DNA of 64,000 nt from Eledone cirrhosa (taxonomy: Eukaryota), in NCBI GenBank assembly GCA_964016885.1, contig OZ024745.1:65534001-65598000 (forward strand), given 5' to 3'. The position numbers and the translations under genes are program-made. Below are positions 43,180-56,600 of this stretch, one piece after another (the stretch's first letter is position 1; every line of letters begins with the position of its first letter). The notes beneath the pieces are model-generated. The model was given only the letters and a program-made list of their open reading frames with translations, had not been told where the DNA came from and did no database searches.

Positions 43180-46100
43180 TTTATTTGGGTGATCCATTAT
43201 TTATTAGGGGGATCCATTTTTTATTTGGGGGATCCATTTTTTATTTGGGTGATTCATTTTTTATTTGGGTGATCCATTTTTTATTTGGGAGATCCATTTT
43301 TTATTTGAGGGATCCATTTTATATTTGGGTGATCCATTTTTTATTTGGGTGATCCATTTTTTATTTGGGTGATCCATTTTTTATTTGGAGGATCCATTTT
43401 TTATTTGGGGGATCCATTTTTTATTTGGGGGATCCATTTTTTATTTGGGTGATCCATTTTTTATTTGGGGGATCCATTTTTTATTTGGGTGATCCATTTT
43501 TTATTTGGGGGATCCATTTTTTATTTGGGGGATCCATTTTTTATTTGGGTGATTCATTTTTTATTTGGGGGATCCATTTTTTATTTGGGTGATCCATTTT
43601 TTTATTTGGGGGTCCATTTTTCATTTGGGTGATCCATTTTTTATTTGGGTGAACCATTTTTTATTTGGGGGATCCATTTTTTATTTGGGTGATCCATTTT
43701 TTATTTGGGGGATCCATTTTTTATTTGGGGGATCCATTTTTTATTTTGGGTGATCCATTTTTTATTAGGGGGATCCATTTTTTATTTAGGTGATCCATTT
43801 TTATTTGTAGATCCATTTTTTATTTGGGTGATCCATTTTTTAATTGGATGATCCAATTTTTATTTGGGGGATCCATTTTTTATTTGGGGGATTCATTATT
43901 TATTTGGGTGATCCATTTTTTATTTGGGGGATCCATTATTTATTTGGGTGATCCATTTTATATTTGGGTGATCCATTTTTTATTTGGGTGATCCATTTTT
44001 TATTTGGGTGATCCATTTTTTATTTGGCTGATCCATTTTTTATTTGGGGGATCCATTTTTTATTTGGGTGATACATTTTTTATTTGGGGGATCCATTTTT
44101 TATTTGAGGGATCCATTTTATATTTGGGTGATCCATTTTTTATTTGGGTGATCCATTTTTTATTTGGGGGATCCATTTTTTATTTGGGTGATCCATTTTT
44201 TATTTGGGTGATCCATTTTTTATTTGGGTGATCCATTTTTTATTTGTGGGATCCATTTTTTATTTGGGGGATCCATTTTTTATTTGGGTGATCCATTTTT
44301 TATTTGGGGGATCCATTTTTTATTTGGGTGATCCATTTTTTATTTGGGGGATTCATTTTTTATTTGGGGGATCCATTTTTTATTTGGGTGATCCATTTTT
44401 TATTTGGGGGTCCATTTTTTATTTGGGTGATCCATTTTTTATTTGGGTGATTCATTTTTTATTTGGGGGATCCATTTTTTATTTGGATCATCCATTTTTT
44501 ATTTGGGGGATCCATTTTTTATTTGGGGGATCCATTTTTTATTTTGGGTGATCCATTTTTTATTAGGGGGATCCATTTTTTATTTGGGTTATCCATTTTT
44601 ATTTGTAGATCCATTTTTTATTTGGGTGATCCATTTTTTAATTGGGTGATCCATTTTTTATTTGGGGGATCCATTTTTTATTTGAGGGATCCATTATTTA
44701 TTTGGGTGATCCATTTTTTATTTGGGTGATCCATTTTTTATTTGGGTGATCCATTTTTTATTTGGGTGATCCATTTTTTATTTGGGTGATCCATTTTTTA
44801 TTTGAGGCATCCATTTTATAATTGGGTGATCCATTTTTTATTTGGGTGATCCATTTTTTATTTGGGTGATCCTTTTTTTATTTGGGGGATCCATTTTTTA
44901 TTTGGGGGAACCATTTTTTATTTGGGGGATCCATTTTTTATTTGGGTGATCCATTTTTTATTTGGGTGATCCATTTTTTATTTGGGGGATCCATTTTTTA
45001 TTTGGGGGATCCATTTTTTATTTGGGGGATCCATTTTTTATTTGGGGTATCCATTTTTTATTTGGGTGATCCATTTTTTATTTGGGGGATCCATTTTTTA
45101 TTTGGGGGATCCATTTTTTATTTGGGTGATCCATTTTTTATTTGGGTGATCCATTTTTTATTTGGGGGATCCATTTTTTATTTGGGTGATCCATTTTTTA
45201 TTTGGGTGATCCATTTTTTATTTGGGTGATCCATTTTTTATTTGTGGGATCCATTTTTTATTTGGGGGATCCATTTTTTATTTGGGTGATCCATTTTTTA
45301 TTTGGGAGATCCATTTTTTATTTGGGTGATCCATTTTTTATTTGGGGGATTCATTTTTTATTTTGGGGATCCATTTTTTATTTGGGTGATCCATTTTTTA
45401 TTTGGGGGTCCATTTTTTATTTGGGTGATCCATTTTTTATTTGGGTGATTCATTTTTTATTTGGGGGATCCATTTTTTATTTGGATCATCCATTTTTTAT
45501 TTGGGGGATCCATTTTTTATTTGGGGGATCCATTTTTTATTTTGGGTGATCCATTTTTTATTAGGGGGATCCATTTTTTATTTGGGTTATCCATTTTTAT
45601 TTGTAGATCCATTTTTTATTTGGGTGATCCATTTTTTAATTGGGTGATCCATTTTTTATTTGGGGGATCCATTTTTTATTTGAGGGATCCATTATTTATT
45701 TGGGTGATCCATTTTTTATTTGGGTGATCCATTTTTTATTTGGGTGATCCATTATTTATTAGGGGGATCCATTTTTTATTTGGGGGATCCATTTTTTATT
45801 TGGGTGATTCATTTTTTATTTGGGTGATCCATTTTTTATTTGGGAGATCCATTTTTTATTTGAGGGATCCATTTTATATTTGGGTGATCCATTTTTTATT
45901 TGGGTGATCCATTTTTTATTTGGGTGATCCATTTTTTATTTGGAGGATCCATTTTTTATTTGGGGGATCCATTTTTTATTTGGGGGATCCATTTTTTATT
46001 TGGGTGATCCATTTTTTATTTGGGGGATCCATTTTTTATTTGGGTGATCCATTTTTTATTTGGGGGATCCATTTTTTATTTGGGGGATCCATTTTTTATT

Positions 46101-47680
46101 TGGGTGATTCATTTTTTATTTGGGGGATCCATTTTTTATTTGGGTGATCCATTTTTTTATTTGGGGGTCCATTTTTCATTTGGGTGATCCATTTTTTATT
46201 TGGGTGAACCATTTTTTATTTGGGGGATCCATTTTTTATTTGGGTGATCCATTTTTTATTTGGGGGATCCATTTTTTATTTGGGGGATCCATTTTTTATT
46301 TTGGGTGATCCATTTTTTATTAGGGGGATCCATTTTTTATTTAGGTGATCCATTTTTATTTGTAGATCCATTTTTTATTTGGGTGATCCATTTTTTAATT
46401 GGATGATCCAATTTTTATTTGGGGGATCCATTTTTTATTTGGGGGATTCATTATTTATTTGGGTGATCCATTTTTTATTTGGGGGATCCATTATTTATTT
46501 GGGTGATCCATTTTATATTTGGGTGATCCATTTTTTATTTGGGTGATCCATTTTTTATTTGGGTGATCCATTTTTTATTTGGCTGATCCATTTTTTATTT
46601 GGGGGATCCATTTTTTATTTGGGTGATCCATTTTTTATTTGGGGGATCCATTTTTTATTTGAGGGATCCATTTTATATTTGGGTGATCCATTTTTTATTT
46701 GGGTGATCCATTTTTTATTTGGGGGATCCATTTTTTATTTGGGTGATCCATTTTTTATTTGGGTGATCCATTTTTTATTTGGGTGATCCATTTTTTATTT
46801 GTGGGATCCATTTTTTATTTGGGGGATCCATTTTTTATTTGGGTGATCCATTTTTTATTTGGGGGATCCATTTTTTATTTGGGTGATCCATTTTTTATTT
46901 GGGGGATTCATTTTTTATTTGGGGGATCCATTTTTTATTTGGGTGATCCATTTTTTATTTGGGGGTCCATTTTTTATTTGGGTGATCCATTTTTTATTTG
47001 GGTGATTCATTTTTTATTTGGGGGATCCATTTTTTATTTGGATCATCCATTTTTTATTTGGGGGATCCATTTTTTATTTGGGGGATCCATTTTTTATTTT
47101 GGGTGATCCATTTTTTATTAGGGGGATCCATTTTTTATTTGGGTTATCCATTTTTATTTGTAGATCCATTTTTTATTTGGGTGATCCATTTTTTAATTGG
47201 GTGATCCATTTTTTATTTGGGGGATCCATTTTTTATTTGAGGGATCCATTATTTATTTGGGTGATCCATTTTTTATTTGGGTGATCCATTTTTTATTTGG
47301 GTGATCCATTTTTTATTTGGGTGATCCATTTTTTATTTGGGTGATCCATTTTTTATTTGAGGCATCCATTTTATAATTGGGTGATCCATTTTTTATTTGG
47401 GTGATCCATTTTTTATTTGGGTGATCCTTTTTTTATTTGGGGGATCCATTTTTTATTTGGGGGAACCATTTTTTATTTGGGGGATCCATTTTTTATTTGG
47501 GTGATCCATTTTTTATTTGGGTGATCCATTTTTTATTTGGGGGATCCATTTTTTATTTGGGGGATCCATTTTTTATTTGGGGGATCCATTTTTTATTTGG
47601 GGTATCCATTTTTTATTTGGGTGATCCATTTTTTATTTGGGGGATCCATTTTTTATTTGGGGGATCCATTTTTTATTTGG
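43180..47680 (+). repeat. Near-tandem duplication with 2555-bp period
   Basis: ORF strings 43365/45920, 44004/46559 and 44882/47437 all lie at offset 2555. The private monomer TGGCTGATCC occurs at ~44025 and ~46580, with a third copy at ~54763. Confidence 0.85.
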
Positions 47681-50600
47681 GTGATCCATTTTTTATTTGG
47701 GTGATCCATTTTTTATTTGGAGGATCCATTTTTTATTTGGGTGATCCATTATTTATTAGGGGGATCCATTTTTTATTTGGGGGATCCATTTTTTATTTGG
47801 GTGATTCATTTTTTATTTGCGGGATCCATTCTTTATTTGGGTGATCCATTTTTTATTTGTGGGATCCATTTTTTATTTGGGGGATCCATTTTTTATTTGA
47901 GGGATCCATTATTTATTTGGGTGATCCATTTTTTATTTGGGTGATCCATTTTTTATTTGGGTGATCCATTTTTTATTTGGGTGATCCATTTTTTATTTGG
48001 GTGATCCATTTTTTATTTGAGGCATCCATTTTATAATTGGGTGATCCATTTTTTATTTGGGTGATCCATTTTTTATTTGGGTGATCCTTTTTTTATTTGG
48101 GGGATCAATTTTTTATTTGGGGGAACCATTTTTTATTTGGGGGATCCATTTTTTATTTGGGTGATCCATTTTTTATTTGGGTGATCCATTTTTTATTTGG
48201 GGGATCCATTTTTTATTTGGGGGATCCATTTTTTATTTGGGGGATCCATTTTTTATTTGGGGTATCCATTTTTTATTTGGGTGATCCATTTTTCATTTGG
48301 GGGATACATTTTTTATTTGGGGGATCCATTTTTTATTTGGGTGATCCATTTTTTATTTGGGTGATCCATTTTTTATTTGGAGGATCCATTTTTTATTTGG
48401 GTGATCCATTATTTATTAGGGGGATCCATTTTTTATTTGGGGGATCCATTTTTTATTTGGGTGATTCATTTTTTATTTGCGGGATCCATTCTTTATTTGG
48501 GTGATCCATTTTTTATTTGTGGGATCCATTTTTTATTTGGGGGATCCATTTTTTATTGGGGGATCCATTTTTTATTTGGGTGATCCATTTTTTATTTGCG
48601 TGATCCATTTTTTATTTGGGGGATCCATTTTTTATTTGGGTGATCCATTTTTTATTTGGGTGATCCATTTTTTATTGGGGGATCCATTTTTTATTTGGGG
48701 GATCCATTTTTTATTTGGGTGATCCATTTTTTATTTGGGTGATCCATTTTTTAATTGGGGGATCCATTTTTTATTTGGGTGATCCATTTTTTATTTGGGT
48801 GATCCATTTTTTATTTGGGGGATCCATTTTTTATTTGGGGGCAGAATTTTTATTTGGGTGATCCATTTTCTATTTGGGTGATCCATTTTTTATTTGGGGG
48901 ATCCATTTTTTATTTGGGGGATCCATTTTTTATTTGGGTGATCCATTTTTTTATGGGGGATCCATTTTTTATTTGGGTGATCCATTTTTTATTTTTGGGA
49001 TCCATTTTTTATTTGGGGGATCCATTTTTTATTTGGGGGATCCATTTTTTATTTGGGTGATCCATTTTTTATTTGGGTGATCCATTTCTTATTTGGGGGA
49101 TCCATTTTTTATTGGGGGATCCATTTTTTATTTGGGGGATCCATTTTTTATTTGGGTGATCCATTTTTTATTTGGGTGATCCATTTTTTAATTGGGGGAT
49201 CCATTATTTTATTTGGGGGTCCATTTTTTATTTGGGTGATCCATTTTTTATTTGGGTGATCCATTTTTTATTTGGGGGATCCATTTTTTATTTGGGTCAT
49301 CCATTTTTTATTTGGGGGATCCATTTTTTATTTGGGGGATCCATTTTTTATTTTGGGTGATCCATTTTTTATTAGGGGGATCCATTTTTTATTTGGGTGA
49401 TCCATTTTTATTTGTAGATCCATTTTTTATTTGGGTGATCCATTTTTTAATTGGATGATCCATTTTTTATTTGGGGGATCCATTTTTTATTTGGGTGATC
49501 CATTTTTTATTTGGGTGATCCATTTTTTAATTGGGGGATCCATTATTTTATTTGGGGGTCCATTTTTTATTTGGGTGATCCATTTTTTATTTGGGTGATC
49601 CATTTTTTATTTGGGGGATCCATTTTTTATTTGGGTGATCCATTTTTTATTTGGGTGATCCATTTTTTATTTGGGTGATCCATTTTTTATTTGAGGCATC
49701 CATTTTATAATTGGGTGATCCATTTTTTATTTGGGTGATCCATTTTTTATTTGGGTGATCCTTTTTTTATTTGGGGGATCCATTTTTTATTTGGGGGAAC
49801 CATTTTTTATTTGGGGGATCCATTTTTTATTTGGGTGATCCTTTTTTTATTTGGGTGATCCATTTTTTATTTGGGGGATCCATTTTTTATTTGGGGGATC
49901 CATTTTTTATTTGGGGGATCCATTTTTTATTTGGGGTATCCATTTTTTATTTGGGTGATCCATTTTTTATTTGGGGGATCCATTTTTTATTTGGGGGATA
50001 CATTTTTTATTTGGGTGATCCATTTTTTATTTGGGTGATTCATTTTTTATTTGCGGGATCCGTTCTTTATTTGGGTGATCCATTTTTTATTTGGGTGATC
50101 CATTTTTTATTTGAGGCATCCATTTTATAATTGGGTGATCCATTTTTTATTTGGGTGATCCATTTTTTATTTGGAGGATCCATTTTTTATTTGGGTGATC
50201 CATTATTTATTAGGGGGATCCATTTTTTATTTGGGGGATCCATTTTTTATTTGGGTGATTCATTTTTTATTTGCGGGATCCGTTCTTTATTTGGGTGATC
50301 CATTTTTTATTTGTGGGATCCATTTTTTATTTGGGGGATCCATTTTTTATTTGAGGGATCCATTATTTATTTGGGTGATCCACTTTTTATTTGGGTGATC
50401 CATTTTTTATTTGGGTGATCCATTTTTTATTTGGGTGATCCATTTTTTATTTGGGTGATCCATTTTTTATTTGAGGCATCCATTTTATAATTGGGTGATC
50501 CATTTTTTATTTGGGTGATCCATTTTTTATTTGGGTGATCCTTTTTTATTTGGGGGATCCATTTTTTATTTGGGGGAACCATTTTTTATTTGGGGGATCC

Positions 50601-53600
50601 ATTTTTTATTTGGGTGATCCATTTTTTATTTGGGTGATCCATTTTTTATTTGGGGGATCCATTTTTTATTTGGGGGATCCATTTTTTATTTGGGGGATCC
50701 ATTTTTTATTTGGGGTATCCATTTTTTATTTGGGTGATCCATTTTTTATTTGGGGGATCCATTTTTTATTTGGGGGATCCATTTTTTATTTGGGTGATCC
50801 ATTTTTTATTTGGGTGATCCATTTTTTATTTGGAGGATCCATTTTTTATTTGGGTGATCCATTATTTATTAGGGGGATCCATTTTTTATTTGGGGGATCC
50901 ATTTTTTATTTGGGTGATTCATTTTTTATTTGCGGGATCCATTCTTTATTTGGGTGATCCATTTTTTATTTGTGGGATCCATTTTTTATTTGGGGGATCC
51001 ATTTTTTATTGGGGGATCCATTTTTTATTTGGGTGATCCATTTTTTATTTGCTTGATCCATTTTTTATTTGGGGGATCCATTTTTTATTTGGGTGATCCA
51101 TTTTTTATTTGGGTGATCCATTTTTTATTGGGGGATCCATTTTTTATTTGGGGCATCCATTTTTTATTTGGGTGATCCATTTTTTATTTGGGTGATCCAT
51201 TTTTTAATTGGGGGATCCATTTTTTATTTGGGTGATCCATTTTTTATTTGGGTGATCCATTTTTTATTTGGGGGATCCATTTTTTATTTGGGGGCAGAAT
51301 TTTTATTTGGGTGATCCATTTTCTATTTGGGTGATCCATTTTTTATTTGGGGGATCCATTTTTTATTTGGGGGATCCATTTTTTATTTGGGTGATCCATT
51401 CTTTTATGGGGGATCCATTTTTTATTTGGGTGATCCATTTTTTATTTTTGGGATCCATTTTTTATTTGGGGGATCCATTTTTTATTTGGGGGATCCATTT
51501 TTTATTTGGGTGATCCATTTTTTATTTGGGTGATCCATTTCTTATTTGGGGGATCCATTTTTTATTGGGGGATCCATTTTTTATTTGGGGGATCCATTTT
51601 TTATTTGGGTGATCCATTTTTTATTTGGGTGATCCAATTTTTAATTGGGGGATCCATTATTTTATTTGGGGGTCCATTTTTTATTTGGGTGATCCATTTT
51701 TTATTTGGGTGATCCATTTTTTATTTGGGGGATCCAATTTTTTATTTGGGTCATCCATTTTTTATTTGGGGGATCCATTTTTTATTTGGGGGATCCATTT
51801 TTTATTTTGGGTGATCCATTTTTTATTAGGGGGATCCATTTTTTATTTGGGTGATCCATTTTTATTTGTAGATCCATTTTTTATTTGGGTGATCCATTTT
51901 TTAATTGGATGATCCATTTTTTATTTGGGGGATCCATTTTTTATTTGGGGGATCCATTATTTATTTGGGTGATCCATTTTTTATTTGGGTGATCCATTTT
52001 TTATTTGGGGGATCCATTTTTATTTGGGTGATCCATTTTTTATTTGGGTGATCCATTTTTTAATTGGGGGATCCATTTTTTATTTGGTTGATCCATTTTT
52101 TAATTGGGTGATCCATTTTTTATTTGGGGGATCCATTTTTTATTTGGGGGATCCATTCTTTATTTGGGGGATCCATTGTTTATTTGGGTGATCCATTTTT
52201 TATTTGGATGATCCATTTTTTATTTGGGGGATCCATTTTTTATTTGGGTGATCCATTTTTTATTTGGGTGATCCATTTTTTATTTGGGTGATCCATTTTT
52301 TATTTGTGGGATCCATTTTTTATTTGGGGGATCCATTTTTTATTTGGGTGATCCTTTTTTTATTTGGGTGATCCATTTTTTATTTGGGTGATCCATTTTT
52401 TATTTGGGGGATCCATTTTTTATTTGGGTGATCCATTTTTTATTTGGGTGATACATTTTTTATTTGGGGGATCCATTTTTTATTTGGGTGATCCATTTTT
52501 TATTTGGGGGATCCATTTTTTATTTGGGGGATCCATTTTTTATTTGGGTGATCCATTTTTTATTTGGGTGATCCATTTTTTATTTGGGGGGATCCATTTT
52601 TAATTTGGGTGATCCATTTTTTATTTGGGGGATCCATTTTTTATTTGGGTGATCCATTTTTTATTTGGGGGATCCATTTTTTATTTGGGTGATCCATTTT
52701 TTATTTGGGTGATCCATTTTTTAATTAGGTGATCCATTTTTATTTGGGTGATCCATTTTTTACTTGGGGGATCCATTTATTATTTGGGTGATCCATTTTT
52801 TATTTTGCTGATTCATTTTTTATTTGGGTGATCCATTTTTTATTTGGGGGATCCATTTTTTATTTGGGTGATCCATTTTTTATTTGGGGGATCCATTTTT
52901 TATTTGGGTGATCCATTTTTTATTTGGGTGATCCATTTTTTATTTGGGGGATCCATTTTTTATTTGGGTGATCCATTTTTTATTTGGGTGATCCATTTTT
53001 TATTTGGGGGATCCATTTTTTATTTGGGTGATCCATTTTTTATTTGGGTGGTCCATTTTTTATTTGGGTGATCCATTTTTTATTTGGGTGATCCATTTTT
53101 TATTTGGGTGATCCATTTTTTATTTGGGGGATACATTTTTTATTTGGGGGATCCATTTTTTATTTGGGTGATCCATTTTTTATTTGGGTGATCCATTTTT
53201 TATTTGGAGGATCCATTTTTTATTTGGGTGATCCATTATTTATTAGGGGGATCCATTTTTTATTTGGGGGATCCATTTTTTATTTGGGTGATTCATTTTT
53301 TATTTGCGGGATCCATTCTTTATTTGGGTGATCCATTTTTTATTTGTGGGATCCATTTTTTATTTGGGGGATCCATTTTTTATTGGGGGATCCATTTTTT
53401 ATTTGGGTGATCCATTTTTTATTTGCGTGATCCATTTTTTATTTGGGGGATCCATTTTTTATTTGGGTGATCCATTTTTTATTTGGGTGATCCATTTTTT
53501 ATTTGGGTGATCCATTTTTTATTTGGGTGATCCATTTTTTATTTGAGGCATCCATTTTATAATTGGGTGATCCATTTTTTATTTGGGTGATCCATTTTTT

Positions 53601-56600
53601 ATTTGGGTGATCCTTTTTTTATTTGGGGGATCCATTTTTTATTTGGGGGAACCATTTTTTATTTGGGGGATCCATTTTTTATTTGGGTGATCCATTTTTT
53701 ATTTGGGTGATCCATTTTTTATTTGGGGGATCCATTTTTTATTTGGGGGATCCATTTTTTATTTGGGGGATCCATTTTTTATTTGGGGTATCCATTTTTT
53801 ATTTGGGTGATCCATTTTTTATTTGGGGGATCCATTTTTTATTTGGGGGATCCATTTTTTATTTGGGTGATCCATTTTTTATTTGGGTGATCCATTTTTT
53901 ATTTGGAGGATCCATTTTTTATTTGGGTGATCCATTATTTATTAGGGGGATCCATTTTTTATTTGGGGGATCCATTTTTTATTTGGGTGATTCATTTTTT
54001 ATTTGGGTGATCCATTTTTTATTTGGGAGATCCATTTTTTATTTGAGGGATCCATTTTATATTTGGGTGATCCATTTTTTATTTGGGTGATCCATTTTTT
54101 ATTTGGGTGATCCATTTTTTATTTGGAGGATCCATTTTTTATTTGGGGGATCCATTTTTTATTTGGGGGATCCATTTTTTATTTGGGTGATCCATTTTTT
54201 ATTTGGGGGATCCATTTTTTATTTGGGTGATCCATTTTTTATTTGGGGGATCCATTTTTTATTTGGGGGATCCATTTTTTATTTGGGTGATTCATTTTTT
54301 ATTTGGGGGATCCATTTTTTATTTGGGTGATCCATTTTTTTATTTGGGGGTCCATTTTTCATTTGGGTGATCCATTTTTTATTTGGGTGAACCATTTTTT
54401 ATTTGGGGGATCCATTTTTTATTTGGGTGATCCATTTTTTATTTGGGGGATCCATTTTTTATTTGGGGGATCCATTTTTTATTTTGGGTGATCCATTTTT
54501 TATTAGGGGGATCCATTTTTTATTTAGGTGATCCATTTTTATTTGTAGATCCATTTTTTATTTGGGTGATCCATTTTTTAATTGGATGATCCAATTTTTA
54601 TTTGGGGGATCCATTTTTTATTTGGGGGATTCATTATTTATTTGGGTGATCCATTTTTTATTTGGGGGATCCATTATTTATTTGGGTGATCCATTTTATA
54701 TTTGGGTGATCCATTTTTTATTTGGGTGATCCATTTTTTATTTGGGTGATCCATTTTTTATTTGGCTGATCCATTTTTTATTTGGGGGATCCATTTTTTA
54801 TTTGGGTGATCCATTTTTTATTTGGGGGATCCATTTTTTATTTGAGGGATCCATTTTATATTTGGGTGATCCATTTTTTATTTGGGTGATCCATTTTTTA
54901 TTTGGGGGATCCATTTTTTATTTGGGTGATCCATTTTTTATTTGGGTGATCCATTTTTTATTTGGGTGATCCATTTTTTATTTGTGGGATCCATTTTTTA
55001 TTTGGGGGATCCATTTTTTATTTGGGTGATCCATTTTTTATTTGGGGGATCCATTTTTTATTTGGGTGATCCATTTTTTATTTGGGGGATTCATTTTTTA
55101 TTTGGGGGATCCATTTTTTATTTGGGTGATCCATTTTTTATTTGGGGGTCCATTTTTTATTTGGGTGATCCATTTTTTATTTGGGTGATTCATTTTTTAT
55201 TTGGGGGATCCATTTTTTATTTGGATCATCCATTTTTTATTTGGGGGATCCATTTTTTATTTGGGGGATCCATTTTTTATTTTGGGTGATCCATTTTTTA
55301 TTAGGGGGATCCATTTTTTATTTGGGTTATCCATTTTTATTTGTAGATCCATTTTTTATTTGGGTGATCCATTTTTTAATTGGGTGATCCATTTTTTATT
55401 TGGGGGATCCATTTTTTATTTGAGGGATCCATTATTTATTTGGGTGATCCATTTTTTATTTGGGTGATCCATTTTTTATTTGGGTGATCCATTTTTTATT
55501 TGGGTGATCCATTTTTTATTTGGGTGATCCATTTTTTATTTGAGGCATCCATTTTATAATTGGGTGATCCATTTTTTATTTGGGTGATCCATTTTTTATT
55601 TGGGTGATCCTTTTTTTATTTGGGGGATCCATTTTTTATTTGGGGGAACCATTTTTTATTTGGGGGATCCATTTTTTATTTGGGTGATCCATTTTTTATT
55701 TGGGTGATCCATTTTTTATTTGGGGGATCCATTTTTTATTTGGGGGATCCATTTTTTATTTGGGGGATCCATTTTTTATTTGGGGTATCCATTTTTTATT
55801 TGGGTGATCCATTTTTTATTTGGGGGATCCATTTTTTATTTGGGGGATCCATTTTTTATTTGGGTGATCCATTTTTTATTTGGGTGATCCATTTTTTATT
55901 TGGAGGATCCATTTTTTATTTGGGTGATCCATTATTTATTAGGGGGATCCATTTTTTATTTGGGGGATCCATTTTTTATTTGGGTGATTCATTTTTTATT
56001 TGCGGGATCCATTCTTTATTTGGGTGATCCATTTTTTATTTGTGGGATCCATTTTTTATTTGGGGGATCCATTTTTTATTTGAGGGATCCATTATTTATT
56101 TGGGTGATCCATTTTTTATTTGGGTGATCCATTTTTTATTTGGGTGATCCATTTTTTATTTGGGTGATCCATTTTTTATTTGGGTGATCCATTTTTTATT
56201 TGAGGCATCCATTTTATAATTGGGTGATCCATTTTTTATTTGGGTGATCCATTTTTTATTTTGGTGATCCTTTTTTTATTTGGGGGATCAATTTTTTATT
56301 TGGGGGAACCATTTTTTATTTGGGGGATCCATTTTTTATTTGGGTGATCCATTTTTTATTTGGGTGATCCATTTTTTATTTGGGGGATCCATTTTTTATT
56401 TGGGGGATCCATTTTTTATTTGGGGGATCCATTTTTTATTTGGGGTATCCATTTTTTATTTGGGTGATCCATTTTTCATTTGGGGGATACATTTTTTATT
56501 TGGGGGATCCATTTTTTATTTGGGTGATCCATTTTTTATTTGGGTGATCCATTTTTTATTTGGAGGATCCATTTTTTATTTGGGTGATCCATTATTTATT

